Part shown: piece after piece, positions 10,829-20,925 of the stretch
How the letters are laid out: every line of letters begins with the position of its first letter
How positions within the stretch are numbered: position 1 is the stretch's first letter
NCBI RefSeq assembly: GCF_041248615.1
Contig: NZ_CP158426.1
Length of the DNA stretch: 64,000 nt
Origin: Escherichia coli
GTDB taxonomy: Bacteria; Pseudomonadota; Gammaproteobacteria; Enterobacterales; Enterobacteriaceae
Reading direction: 5' to 3' (one strand)
Position numbers and translations under genes: made by a program
The notes under the pieces: model-generated
The model's input: the letters and a program-made list of their open reading frames with translations, nothing else
What the model was told of the DNA's origin: nothing
Database searches by the model: none

Positions 10829-11992
10829 TTACTTTTGATTGTCGATTCTGGTGAGAGCAACCAGCAATGCCAGCGTATAACACACCGTAATTGCCAGACT
10901 CATTTTTAACAGTGTTTCTCCGCCAATTCCCGACAATGGCGCGGCTATACCGCCGAAGACAAACATGCTCATCCCCATCAACGCAGACGCCGTTCCAGAT
11001 TCCTGCGTCCCTACTGCACTCATAGCCTCTGCCCCGCCAACAGTGCCGATGCCGCTACAAAATGCGATGGTGAAAAATAATGCCACCAGTGCCGGAATGG
11101 GCAATTGTATCCATGCGCATAAGACCGTGAGCAATGCACACAAAATTGCCGCTATCAGGCCACCTCGCAACAATGTCATCGCGTTAATCCGTCGCGCCAG
11201 GCGCGAGAAGATCCATGAAGCAATGATAAGTCCGATGCCGTTAAGGCCAAACACCAGGCTAAATTGCATTGGACTAAAGCCAAATTCCTTCTGCAACACG
11301 AACGACGAAGAGCCGATATATGCAAACAAACCGGCCAGCATAAAACTTTGAATCAGGCAAAAGCGCATAAAACGGCGGTTCTGCACCACGCTTCGTCCGG
11401 TTAATAGCAATGATGAGCCCCTTTTATTTTCTGGCAAGGTCTCATTAATAAATAACAGGCAGCCCAGCAACAGTACGGTGCTAATTTCAGCCATTACCCA
11501 GAATAAAGTGCGCCAGTCAAAAGTGCTGACAATGTACCCGCCCAGCACTGGCGACAACACCGGTGCCAGGCCATTCACCGTCATTAACAGCGCAAAAAAC
11601 TGGGTCAACGTTACTCCCTGATATTTGTCACGAGCAATAGAACGAGAGAGCACCGAACCACCCGCCCCCGCGATCCCTTGAATAAAACGCCAGACCACCA
11701 GCCAGTAAATATTGTTCGTTGTCGCGCACAAAATGGAAGAAACAATAAACAATAGCAACGACAAGATTAACGGACGTTTACGCCCTATTTTGTCGCTCAG
11801 AGGGCCAAATAACAGTTGTCCGACGCCAAGACCGATCAGCGATGCGGTCAGGGTTAATTGCGTTATGGTCGTGGTTGCCGCCAGTTGCTCAGACATCTCC
11901 GGCAAAGCCGGCAAATAAAGATCGGTACACATCGGGCCGATACCGGCTAAAAGACCAAGAATCAATGCCCATGAAAGAGAGACTCTAGCCAT
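10829..11992 (-). CDS. MFS drug efflux transporter (Bcr/CflA-like, DHA1 family)
   Basis: 387-aa ORF with about 12 predicted TM helices and MFS-type motifs (GPLSDKIGRKRP); last gene of the accessory efflux cluster. Confidence 0.75.
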   Translation of the reverse strand: MARVSLSWALILGLLAGIGPMCTDLYLPALPEMSEQLAATTTITQLTLTASLIGLGVGQLLFGPLSDKIGRKRPLILSLLLFIVSSILCATTNNIYWLVVWRFIQGIAGAGGSVLSRSIARDKYQGVTLTQFFALLMTVNGLAPVLSPVLGGYIVSTFDWRTLFWVMAEISTVLLLGCLLFINETLPENKRGSSLLLTGRSVVQNRRFMRFCLIQSFMLAGLFAYIGSSSFVLQKEFGFSPMQFSLVFGLNGIGLIIASWIFSRLARRINAMTLLRGGLIAAILCALLTVLCAWIQLPIPALVALFFTIAFCSGIGTVGGAEAMSAVGTQESGTASALMGMSMFVFGGIAAPLSGIGGETLLKMSLAITVCYTLALLVALTRIDNQK

Positions 11993-12000
11993 ATTATTCC

Positions 12001-13374
12001 TTACTTGAGTGATGACATGCCGCCGCCCAGCGACTGCCAGAGCGTGATTCGGTTTGTAAAATCAGTCAGTTGCAGTGCCAGCAGCTCCTGCTGTGCGCTC
12101 CACAAGCTGCGCTGCGCCGTCAACACGGTCAGGTAATCACCAACACCCGCCTGATAGCGACGCAAGCCAACATCGACCGTTTGTTGCTCAGCTTTAACAT
12201 ACTGGCGCTGTGCATCCAGTTGCTCTTCAAGCGTGGTCCGCCGCGCCAGTGCGTTAGCGACATCTTTAAATGCGCTCTGAACGGTTTTTTCATAGGTGGC
12301 AATGAGTCCACGCTTTTGTGCTTCTGCGTAACGAAGCTGCGCCAAATTACTTCCGCCAGTGAACAGCGGTAATGTGACCGATGGCGTAAATGACCAGATC
12401 TGCATTCCGTAGCTGAACAACGACGACAATGCGTCACTGCCAACACCAGCGCTGGCAGTCAGCGAAATCGTCGGAAAAAAGTTAGCCCGCGCCGCGCCAA
12501 TATCGGCATTGGCGCTCTTCAAATTATGTTCCGCTTCCTGGATATCCGGGCGACGCAGCAGAACGTCAGATGACACTCCCGCAGGAACCAGACTTATCAT
12601 CTGTTCCGGCAGGCTTTCCAGTGTTCCCGGTAGCAAATTTTCCTCAAGCGTTGTACCTGCCAGTAAGTTCAGCGCATTTTTATCCTGCATCACTTGTGTC
12701 TGATAGCTGGCAACGCTGGCGCGCGCTTGCTGATAAACACTCATCGCCTCACTGACATCTGTCGCTGCCGCCGTGCCAACCTGTTGCTGGCGCTGGATAA
12801 TTTTCAATGAGTTTTCTGCACTGGCCATCGTTTCTTTTGCCAGGGCCAGGTTGCTGTTATCAGCCGCCAGTGTCAGCCAGGCGGTGCTGATTTCAGCAAT
12901 CAGCGTTAAACGAGTGTTCTGGGCTGTAAATTCACTGGCAAGCCAGGTTTCCCGCGCCGCCCGAGATAAACTCTGATTACGACCAAACAGATCTAACGTA
13001 TAACTGGACACCGTGCCGTCAGCCTCGGCAGTTGTTCCCGTACCATTCGCCAGCGAACGACTGCGAGTCGAACTTAAGGCCGCATTCACCGTCGGGAATA
13101 ACGACGCATTAGTTTGCCCATAGAGCGCCCGTGCTGAGTCAATATCAGCAATCGCTTTTTGCACATCGCGGTTACTGTTCAGTGCAATGGTTACTACCTG
13201 CTGCAATCGGGGATCGTGGATCACCTGCTGCCAGTCATGGCTGATTGCCTTCCCCTGGCCCTGTGCTCCCGGCAAGGTCGCCGGGATTGGGGATTCAGGC
13301 GTACTGTAGTGGGGATCGAGCGAGACACATCCCGCACTCAACAGCACCAGAAAAATAAGAGAACGACGCAACAT
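12001..13374 (-). CDS. efflux outer-membrane factor lipoprotein (NodT/OprM family)
   Basis: 457-aa ORF with lipoprotein signal (LLSAGC); two-repeat architecture typical of TolC-like OMF proteins. Confidence 0.8.
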   Translation of the reverse strand: MLRRSLIFLVLLSAGCVSLDPHYSTPESPIPATLPGAQGQGKAISHDWQQVIHDPRLQQVVTIALNSNRDVQKAIADIDSARALYGQTNASLFPTVNAALSSTRSRSLANGTGTTAEADGTVSSYTLDLFGRNQSLSRAARETWLASEFTAQNTRLTLIAEISTAWLTLAADNSNLALAKETMASAENSLKIIQRQQQVGTAAATDVSEAMSVYQQARASVASYQTQVMQDKNALNLLAGTTLEENLLPGTLESLPEQMISLVPAGVSSDVLLRRPDIQEAEHNLKSANADIGAARANFFPTISLTASAGVGSDALSSLFSYGMQIWSFTPSVTLPLFTGGSNLAQLRYAEAQKRGLIATYEKTVQSAFKDVANALARRTTLEEQLDAQRQYVKAEQQTVDVGLRRYQAGVGDYLTVLTAQRSLWSAQQELLALQLTDFTNRITLWQSLGGGMSSLK

Positions 13375-13377
13375 AAC

Positions 13378-16300
13378 TTACTCCTGACGGCGCGGTTTAC
13401 CGGCAAACAAACGTTTCACCAGTACAAAAAACAGAGGAACAAAGAAAATAGCCAGCAACGTAGCGGTCAGCGTACCGCCAATAATGCCCGTACCAATGGC
13501 GATGCGGCTGTTCGCCCCTGCGCCGGTTGCTATCGCCAGCGGCATTACCCCCGCAATAAACGCCAGCGAGGTCATGATGATTGGGCGTAAACGAGTCTGC
13601 GCCGCGCGTAATGCCGCACGACTCAAGGAATAGCCCTCTGCAACCGCCGCTTCAGCAAATTCCACAATCAGAATGGCGTTTTTCGACGACAAGCCGATAG
13701 TGGTTAATAGCGCCACCTGGAAGTAAACATCGTTGTTTAAATCACGCATCCAGGCCGCCAGCGCCGCGCCAAGAAGCCCCAGAGGGATCACCAGAATGAC
13801 CGAGAACGGGACTGACCAGCTTTCGTACAGTGCTGCAAGGCAGAGGAAAACCACCAGAATAGAAACTGCATACAGACTTAATGCCTGACCGCTGGCCAGT
13901 TTCTCCTGCAATGACAAACCACTCCAGGCCCAGGTTGTTCCCGCAGGAAGACTGTTTGCCAGTTCCTCCATTTTTGTCATTGCATCGCCGGAACTAAAGC
14001 CAGTCGCATTTTCCCCCTGAATTTCATAGGCTGCAGAACCGTTGTAGCGCACCAGTCTTTCCGGTCCATACAGCCAGCGGGTGGTCGCAAAAGCAGAGAA
14101 TGGTGTCATGGCGTTATCGCTACCGCGCACAAACCATTTACCTAAGTCTGACGGCGCGGAACGAAATTCACTGTCGCCCTGAATGTAGACTTTTTTCACA
14201 CGACCACGGTCAATAAAGTCATTCACATAAGTACCGCCCCACGCACTGGACAGGGTGTCGGTGACATCATTCAAACTCAACCCTAATGACACCGCTTTAT
14301 TACTATCAATATCTACCTGCAATTGCGGCATTTGTGGCAAATCATTAGCACGCACAGAATGTAACTCCGGACTTTGATTCGCTTTTTCTATCAACTGATT
14401 ACGCATTTGCAGTAGTGTTTCGCGATCGGTTCCACCGTTAGCTAACAATTCAAACGTAAAACCATTGCTTTGCCCCAGCCCATCAACGGCTGGCGGCGTC
14501 ATCGCAAATACCGTGGCATCACGAATTGTGCCCAGCTCTTTGGTTGCCCGTAGGGCGATAGCCTGGGCGGTGTTTTCTGCCCCTTTACGTTGAGACCAGT
14601 TTTTCAACGAAACAAACGCCATCCCGGTGTTCTGTCCGCTGCCGCTAAAACTGAAACCATCAACGGTAAAAATAACATCGGTATTTGCTTTCTCATTAAT
14701 CAGGAACCAGTCAACAATCTGGCGATTCACTTCTGCTGTACGGGCAGCGGTCGCCCCGGCCGGCAGCGTGTACTGCACCATGATTTCGCCCTGGTCTTCA
14801 GTGGGTAAGAAACTGCCCGGCAGTTTCCACATCATCAGGGCCATTCCACCACCCAGTACGACATAAAGCCCCATCGTTCGAGCAGCACGGCGCAGGACAT
14901 AAATTACGCCTCGCTGATATTTATCTTCAGTACGGCGGTAAAAGCGGTTAAATGCGCCGAAAAAGCCTTTTTTATGTGGCGGAACATGCTGGAGGACGGA
15001 ACCGCACAGGGCGGGAGTCAAGGTCAATGCCACTACCACGGAAAGCAGCATTGCGGAGATAATGGTTATCGAAAACTGACGATAAATTACCCCCGTAGAT
15101 CCCCCAAAGAAGGCCATAGGCAGGAATACGGCTGATAACACCAGCGCAATGGCAACCAGTGCGCCAGAAATCTCGCCCATTGATTTTTCCGTGGCTTCAC
15201 GCGCGGGCAACCCTTCGTCACGCATAATGCGTTCGACGTTCTCCACCACCACAATGGCATCGTCCACCAGCAAGCCGATCGCCAGGACCATTGCAAACAA
15301 CGTCAGGGTATTAATCGAATAGCCAAACAACGCAAGAACGCCGAATGTGCCCAGCAAAACGACGGGGACAGCTAACGCCGGAATCAGTGTGGCACGCAGG
15401 TTTTGCAGGAATAAATACATCACGCAAACCACCAATACGATGGCTTCAAACAGCGTCTGAATTACGTCCTCTACAGAGATTTTAATAAATTCAGTGCTGT
15501 CTTTCGGGTATGCGATGTCGTATCCCTGCGGCATGTTCCGCTGGAATTCGGCAATCTTATCCTTGACCAGCGTCGCCGTATTCAGCGCATTCGCACCGGG
15601 CGAAAGCATTACAGCAACCCCGGCAGACGGGTGACCGTTAAGTTTGCCGATAGCGGTATAATCTTCACTGCCCATCTCAACGCGAGCCACATCTTTTATA
15701 CGAACAACTGCGCCGTCTGACTGGCTTTTCACGATAATATTTTTGAACTGATCCACCGTCTGCAAGCGAGACTGCGCACGTACCGTTGCGGTCAGTTGCT
15801 GAGTATTCGGTGAAGGCAATGCCCCTATTTTCCCGGCAGTAACCTGCACGTTTTGCGCTTCAATAGCACTTTGCACGTCTGAAGGCATTAGCGAGTAAGA
15901 CGCCAGTTTGGCCGGGTCAAGCCAGATGCGCATAGCGTATTCCGCGCCAAAGACTTGCAGACTCCCCACACCTTCAACACGCGCCAGCGGGTCCTGAACG
16001 TTACTAACCAACCAGTCGGCGATATCCGAACTGGAGGCTTTATCAGTGGTGTCATACACGGCAGCAATCAGCAAAAAGTTGCTTTGTGATTTCTCCACCG
16101 TAACACCCGTTTGCTGCACTTCGCTGGGTAGGCGCGACTCCGCCTGCTGAATTTTATTCTGCACCTGAACCTGTGCAGTATCTGGATCGGTACCTTGTTC
16201 AAAGGTCACATTAATACTGACCGAACCATCAGAGCTACTGGTTGAGCTGAAATAGAGTAAATTATCAAGCCCAGTGAGTTGTTGCTCGATAACCTGAGTC

Positions 16301-16485
16301 ACGCTGTTCTCCAGCGTTTCGGCAGAAGCACCAGTATAAGTGGCTGAAATTTTAATGGTCGGCGGTGCAACGTCAGGATATTGCGCGACGGGTAATGTGC
16401 GAATAGCCAGAATCCCCGCCAACATAATCAAAATGGCGATAACCCAGGCAAAGACCGGGCGGCGAACAAAAAAGCGCGAAAACAT
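13378..16485 (-). CDS. RND multidrug efflux pump, inner-membrane permease (AcrB/MexB-like HAE1)
   Basis: 1035-aa ORF; N-terminus MFSRFFVRRPVFAWVIAILIMLAG is the hallmark AcrB-family start; 12 TM helices and two large periplasmic loops. Confidence 0.9.
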   Translation of the reverse strand: MFSRFFVRRPVFAWVIAILIMLAGILAIRTLPVAQYPDVAPPTIKISATYTGASAETLENSVTQVIEQQLTGLDNLLYFSSTSSSDGSVSINVTFEQGTDPDTAQVQVQNKIQQAESRLPSEVQQTGVTVEKSQSNFLLIAAVYDTTDKASSSDIADWLVSNVQDPLARVEGVGSLQVFGAEYAMRIWLDPAKLASYSLMPSDVQSAIEAQNVQVTAGKIGALPSPNTQQLTATVRAQSRLQTVDQFKNIIVKSQSDGAVVRIKDVARVEMGSEDYTAIGKLNGHPSAGVAVMLSPGANALNTATLVKDKIAEFQRNMPQGYDIAYPKDSTEFIKISVEDVIQTLFEAIVLVVCVMYLFLQNLRATLIPALAVPVVLLGTFGVLALFGYSINTLTLFAMVLAIGLLVDDAIVVVENVERIMRDEGLPAREATEKSMGEISGALVAIALVLSAVFLPMAFFGGSTGVIYRQFSITIISAMLLSVVVALTLTPALCGSVLQHVPPHKKGFFGAFNRFYRRTEDKYQRGVIYVLRRAARTMGLYVVLGGGMALMMWKLPGSFLPTEDQGEIMVQYTLPAGATAARTAEVNRQIVDWFLINEKANTDVIFTVDGFSFSGSGQNTGMAFVSLKNWSQRKGAENTAQAIALRATKELGTIRDATVFAMTPPAVDGLGQSNGFTFELLANGGTDRETLLQMRNQLIEKANQSPELHSVRANDLPQMPQLQVDIDSNKAVSLGLSLNDVTDTLSSAWGGTYVNDFIDRGRVKKVYIQGDSEFRSAPSDLGKWFVRGSDNAMTPFSAFATTRWLYGPERLVRYNGSAAYEIQGENATGFSSGDAMTKMEELANSLPAGTTWAWSGLSLQEKLASGQALSLYAVSILVVFLCLAALYESWSVPFSVILVIPLGLLGAALAAWMRDLNNDVYFQVALLTTIGLSSKNAILIVEFAEAAVAEGYSLSRAALRAAQTRLRPIIMTSLAFIAGVMPLAIATGAGANSRIAIGTGIIGGTLTATLLAIFFVPLFFVLVKRLFAGKPRRQE

Positions 16486-17606
16486 CAGGCGTTGCCTCCA
16501 TTAGCCTGAACTTCAACAGCCTTGACGGTCTGCCCTGAAGTGACTTTGGCAGAACCTTCAACAATCAGTCGGTCGCCGTTGTGCAGGCCGTTCAGCACCA
16601 GCCATTTATCACCATACGTTTCTCCCGTTTCGAGCGTTCGCTGCTCTACTTTATTGTCTTTATTCACCACCAGCGCAGTTGCATTGCCTTTAGCATCGCG
16701 CGTGACGCCCTGTTGCGGCGCGAGAATAGCGTCTTCCATCACGCCTTCATCGACACGAGCGCGAACAAACATTCCCGGTAATAACTGCTGTTGTGGATTG
16801 GGGAAAATCGCCCGTAATGTCACCGAACCGGTAGACTCATCTACAGCGACTTCGGTGAGTTCCAGACGCCCTTTTTCGCTGTAGGTTGTGCCATCTTCCA
16901 GAATAAGTGAGACGCTCATGGTGTCACTGTTGGTCGCCAGTGACTGTTTACGCAGACGTAATAAATCGACACTGGAGCGAGTGAGGTCGACATACATTGT
17001 ATCCAGACCACGAATAGTCGTTAACGCTGTATCTTGCGACGCGGTCACCAGTGCGCCAGGGGTTACCGACGAAATGCCAATGCGCCCTGAAATCGGTGCG
17101 GTTACCGTGGTCCAGTCAAGATTAATGCGCGCAGTTTCCAGCGCGGCTTTTTTCGCCTCTACACTGGCTTTATCTTGTGCACAGGTAGACTGAGCATCAT
17201 CAGCATCCTGTTGTGAAACACCGTTCTCTTTCACCAGTCGGGCATAACGCTGCGCTTTCTGGCAATCGGCTTTTACCAGTGCCTGTGCTTGTTGTAATGC
17301 TGCCCGAGCTTCATTCCATGCAGCCTGATAACTGGCCGCATCAATCTGGTAGAGAGGCTGTCCAGCCTTGACCAGATCACCTTCCTTAAATAAGCGTTTC
17401 TGGATAATTCCCCCAACCTGCGGACGTACTTCAGCACTGAGCGCAGCACTGGTGCGTCCGGTTAATTCACTGACTACCGAAACAGGTTGAGATTTGAGCG
17501 TAACAACGCCGACTTCTGTTTCTGACGGGGATGAATTGTTACTTTGCGTATTATCACAACCCGATAAGAGCAGCATTGCCACTACAGATGTTGCTATATA
17601 CTTCAT
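16485..17606 (-). CDS. RND efflux membrane fusion protein (AcrA/MexA-like periplasmic adaptor)
   Basis: ORF with lipoprotein signal MKYIATSVVAMLLLSGC; start chosen at the ATG preceded by GGAG (ORF track extends to 17639); 1-nt overlap with the RND gene. Confidence 0.8.
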   Translation of the reverse strand: MKYIATSVVAMLLLSGCDNTQSNNSSPSETEVGVVTLKSQPVSVVSELTGRTSAALSAEVRPQVGGIIQKRLFKEGDLVKAGQPLYQIDAASYQAAWNEARAALQQAQALVKADCQKAQRYARLVKENGVSQQDADDAQSTCAQDKASVEAKKAALETARINLDWTTVTAPISGRIGISSVTPGALVTASQDTALTTIRGLDTMYVDLTRSSVDLLRLRKQSLATNSDTMSVSLILEDGTTYSEKGRLELTEVAVDESTGSVTLRAIFPNPQQQLLPGMFVRARVDEGVMEDAILAPQQGVTRDAKGNATALVVNKDNKVEQRTLETGETYGDKWLVLNGLHNGDRLIVEGSAKVTSGQTVKAVEVQANGGNA

Positions 17607-17657
17607 TATTTTCTCCAGGGTGAGAAATACCCTCCTCATTGAAATTAATGAGGATAT

Positions 17658-17736
17658 GTCAGGGATATTCAGTTATAACGAACCCGCATCGCGAAATGAA
17701 TTTCGCAATGAAATAAGGGGGATTAATATCCCCCGC
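17658..17736. promoter_or_regulatory. palindrome-rich region between the tetR-like gene and the efflux operon (candidate operator plus terminator hairpin)
   Basis: inverted repeats cctcatt-N6-aatgagg and gcgaaat-ga-atttcgc, followed by the hairpin gggggattaatatccccc. Confidence 0.4.
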
Positions 17737-17754
17737 TATTGGTTAATTCTGTTC

Positions 17755-18321
17755 TTATTTATTTATCAACATACTAACAATATCCTGATATATTTCCTGC
17801 AGATGTTGTGGATCGCTTTTTTGCGGTGTTAAACGACGATAAACCGTACCTTCCATCATGGTAGCAAACACTTCAACGCAGCAACGAATGTGCTCGTCGC
17901 TAAGATGGGGATGCATTCTTTTCATATGTGCACAACCGTTAGCGAACATTCTGGCGTCAGCTTCTTCAAGCATTGCCATAACCCGCGGGTTGCGTGTGGC
18001 TTCTGCAGCCACTTCCAGCATCAGCGCGTCGTCGTCCTCATTTAAGGATTTACGCAAGGCAAGGACTTCCGGGAAGTGATCGGTACGCGCGTCAATGTCC
18101 ATTTGGGCAATACGAAAGTCGATGATACGGCGAACCATCTCTTCAATAATGGCGTCTTTGTTGGCGAAGTAACGATATATCTGACCCACGCTAAGCTGAG
18201 CTTCGCTGGCAATTTGCGACATACTGGCGGCATGAAACCCGCAGCGACGAAAACACCGACGGGCGGCGTTAATGATTTCATCCTGACGCTGTTTGTGGCG
18301 TATCTCCAGCTTGCTGGTCAT
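17755..18321 (-). CDS. TetR/AcrR-family transcriptional regulator
   Basis: TetR-type HTH (AARRCFRRCGFHAASMSQIASEAQLSVGQIYRYFANKD) near the N-terminus when started at MTSKLEIRH (AGGAGA RBS); ORF track extends to 18420. Confidence 0.75.
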   Translation of the reverse strand: MTSKLEIRHKQRQDEIINAARRCFRRCGFHAASMSQIASEAQLSVGQIYRYFANKDAIIEEMVRRIIDFRIAQMDIDARTDHFPEVLALRKSLNEDDDALMLEVAAEATRNPRVMAMLEEADARMFANGCAHMKRMHPHLSDEHIRCCVEVFATMMEGTVYRRLTPQKSDPQHLQEIYQDIVSMLINK

Positions 18322-18346
18322 TTCTGTCTCCTGGCCTATCACTTGG

Positions 18347-18364
18347 TGAGAATGATCGTTCTCA
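18347..18364. promoter_or_regulatory. 18-bp near-perfect palindrome upstream of the tetR-like start (candidate autoregulatory operator)
   Basis: TGAGAATGATCGTTCTCA, symmetric with 2 central mismatches, 26 bp upstream of the proposed start codon. Confidence 0.4.
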
Positions 18365-18798
18365 TTTTTGCTGATTATACGTTTCTCCAAAGTAATGGAA
18401 AGTATTTTTATCTTATTCATGGTGCATATTCTGATAATGAAGAGATTGTGGAGATTATGTGAAGATAGTTGACAATATTAAGTTGGGGTCAATTCATCAG
18501 AAAGGCTGCTACTTGTTGTCGCCAGTTCTGTTTTCATCATCAAACTTATCGGAGCTAATACGAATAGTTTCAGAGTCAGATTCTATAAGATATTCCCCCA
18601 ACCTACCCCTTGCAGGCGTCAAGAGTAGATAACGCAAAATGCTCTGTACCGCAGCTTCTCTCCGGTACAGAAAGCGCAACTATAGCCACCCACAGCCAGG
18701 TTGATTATAATAACCGTTTATCTGTTCGTACTGTTTACTAAAACGACGAATCGCCTGATTTTCAGGCACAACAAGCATCAACAATAAGGATTAAAGCT

Positions 18799-19587
18799 AT
18801 GGGTTTTCTTTCCGGTAAGCGCATTCTGGTAACCGGTGTTGCCAGCAAACTGTCCATCGCCTACGGTATCGCTCAGGCGATGCACCGCGAAGGAGCTGAA
18901 CTGGCATTCACCTACCAGAACGACAAACTGAAAGGCCGCGTAGAAGAATTTGCAGCTCAATTGGGTTCTGACATCGTTCTGCAGTGCGATGTTGCCGAAG
19001 ATGCCAGCATCGACACCATGTTCGCTGAACTGGCGAAAGTTTGGCCGAAATTTGACGGTTTCGTACACTCTATTGGTTTTGCACCTGGCGATCAGCTGGA
19101 TGGTGACTATGTTAACGCCGTTACCCGTGAAGGCTTCAAAATTGCTCACGACATCAGCTCCTACAGCTTCGTTGCAATGGCAAAAGCTTGCCGCTCCATG
19201 CTGAATCCGGGTTCTGCCCTGCTGACCCTTTCCTACCTTGGCGCTGAGCGCGCTATCCCGAACTACAACGTTATGGGTCTGGCAAAAGCGTCTCTGGAAG
19301 CAAACGTGCGCTATATGGCGAACGCGATGGGTCCGGAAGGTGTGCGTGTTAACGCCATCTCTGCGGGTCCGATCCGTACTCTGGCGGCTTCCGGTATCAA
19401 AGACTTCCGCAAAATGCTGGCTCATTGCGAAGCCGTTACCCCGATTCGCCGTACCGTTACCATTGAAGATGTGGGTAACTCTGCGGCATTCCTGTGCTCC
19501 GATCTCTCTGCCGGTATCTCCGGTGAAGTGGTCCACGTTGACGGCGGTTTCAGCATCGCTGCAATGAACGAACTCGAACTGAAATAA
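18799..19587 (+). CDS. fabI: enoyl-ACP reductase (NADH) FabI
   Basis: 262-aa ORF matching FabI, including the [16 protein letters not shown] start. Confidence 0.95.
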   Translation: MGFLSGKRILVTGVASKLSIAYGIAQAMHREGAELAFTYQNDKLKGRVEEFAAQLGSDIVLQCDVAEDASIDTMFAELAKVWPKFDGFVHSIGFAPGDQLDGDYVNAVTREGFKIAHDISSYSFVAMAKACRSMLNPGSALLTLSYLGAERAIPNYNVMGLAKASLEANVRYMANAMGPEGVRVNAISAGPIRTLAASGIKDFRKMLAHCEAVTPIRRTVTIEDVGNSAAFLCSDLSAGISGEVVHVDGGFSIAAMNELELK

Positions 19588-19604
19588 TCGTTCTGTTGGT
19601 CAAG

Positions 19605-19630
19605 ACGGGCGGCGTTCTGCCGCCCGTTAT
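19605..19630 (+). terminator. fabI intrinsic terminator
   Basis: hairpin gacgggcggc-gttct-gccgcccgt followed by a T-rich tract. Confidence 0.6.
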
Positions 19631-19730
19631 CTCTGTTATACCTTTCTGATATTTGTTATCGCCGATCCGTCTTTCTCCCCTTCCCGCCTTGCGTCAGGAT
19701 AACGATTTCCTTTACGACCAAGGAGCGCCC

Positions 19731-20858
19731 ATGGAACAACGCCACATCACCGGCAAAAGCCACTGGTATCATGAAACGCAATCCAGTACTGCGGAATATG
19801 ACGTTCTGCCTCTGGTCCCGGAAGCCGCAAAGGTCAGCGATCCCTTTCTGCTCGACGTGATCCTTGATGAAGAAACGCTGTCACCCTTCCTTTCATGGCT
19901 GGTCCCTGCGCGCGTTCTTGCAGTGGAGTTGTTCCCTGACCAGCTTACCGTGACCCGTTCACAGACCTTCACCGCTTATGAACGCTTGTCGACGGCCCTG
20001 ACGGTTGCTCAGGTTTGCGGCGTCCAGCGGTTATGTAACTACTATTCGGCGCGACTTACGCCGCTCCCCGGGCCTGATTCCTCCAGGGAAAGTAATCATC
20101 GGTTAGCACAAATCACGCAATATGCCCGCCAACTGGCTAGCTCGCCTTCTATTATCGACAACCGATCGCGCCAGCATCTGAATGACGTCGGTCTTACTGT
20201 CTGGGACTGTGTGATCATTAATCAAATCATTGGTTTTATTGGCTTTCAGGCGCGGACCATTGCGACATTTCAGGCTTATCTCGGGCATCCGGTACGCTGG
20301 TTACCCGGTCTGGAGATACAAAACTATGCCGACGCGTCACTGTTTGCTGATGAGTCAATACGCTGGCGAAGCAGCTATGAGGTGGAAAAACTACCTGAAG
20401 AGCACACAAAAAGTTCAACTGCAGAACTTTGCCAACTGGCCGAAACACTCTCTCTCCACCCTATTTCACTTTCCCTTCTCGAAAAGTTGCTAAACAGCAC
20501 ACGGGTCAATACACAGCCGGATAATCAGCTTGCGGCGTTGTTATGCGCGCGGATAAATGGCAGTCCTGCTTGTTTTGCCATCTGTATGGATTCATCAAAT
20601 GAATATAAAAAAATCAGCGCCCTTCTGCGCAAGGGCGAAAATGAAATTAACCAATGGGCTGACCGTCATTCTGTTGAGCGCGCTACCGTTCAGGCGATAC
20701 AATGGCTGACCCGAGCACCCGATCGCTTTAGCGCCGCCCAGTTCAGCCCATTACTCGAACACGAAAAATCATCAACGCAGATTATTAATCTGCTGGTATG
20801 GAGCGGGCTGTGTGGCTGGATAAATCGCTTAAAAATCGCGTTGGGTGAGACATATTAA
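19731..20858 (+). CDS. yciW: CMD-domain protein YciW
   Basis: ORF matches YciW; start trimmed to MEQRHITG (AAGGAG RBS) giving 375 aa. Confidence 0.8.
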   Translation: MEQRHITGKSHWYHETQSSTAEYDVLPLVPEAAKVSDPFLLDVILDEETLSPFLSWLVPARVLAVELFPDQLTVTRSQTFTAYERLSTALTVAQVCGVQRLCNYYSARLTPLPGPDSSRESNHRLAQITQYARQLASSPSIIDNRSRQHLNDVGLTVWDCVIINQIIGFIGFQARTIATFQAYLGHPVRWLPGLEIQNYADASLFADESIRWRSSYEVEKLPEEHTKSSTAELCQLAETLSLHPISLSLLEKLLNSTRVNTQPDNQLAALLCARINGSPACFAICMDSSNEYKKISALLRKGENEINQWADRHSVERATVQAIQWLTRAPDRFSAAQFSPLLEHEKSSTQIINLLVWSGLCGWINRLKIALGETY

Positions 20859-20925
20859 CCTTGCCGCGTCAGACAGATTCGCGTAAAACTGTCAGCCGCT
20901 CTAATGGCCACCAAAATAGACAATT

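Noticed and set aside
17494-17832. 112-aa ORF on the plus strand spanning the tetR-like / MFP spacer
   Set aside because: Overlaps the ends of two well-supported minus-strand genes and crosses a terminator hairpin; no homology signal
18778-19536. 252-aa ORF on the minus strand
   Set aside because: Antisense to fabI; Cys/Arg/His-rich low-complexity translation typical of a spurious frame
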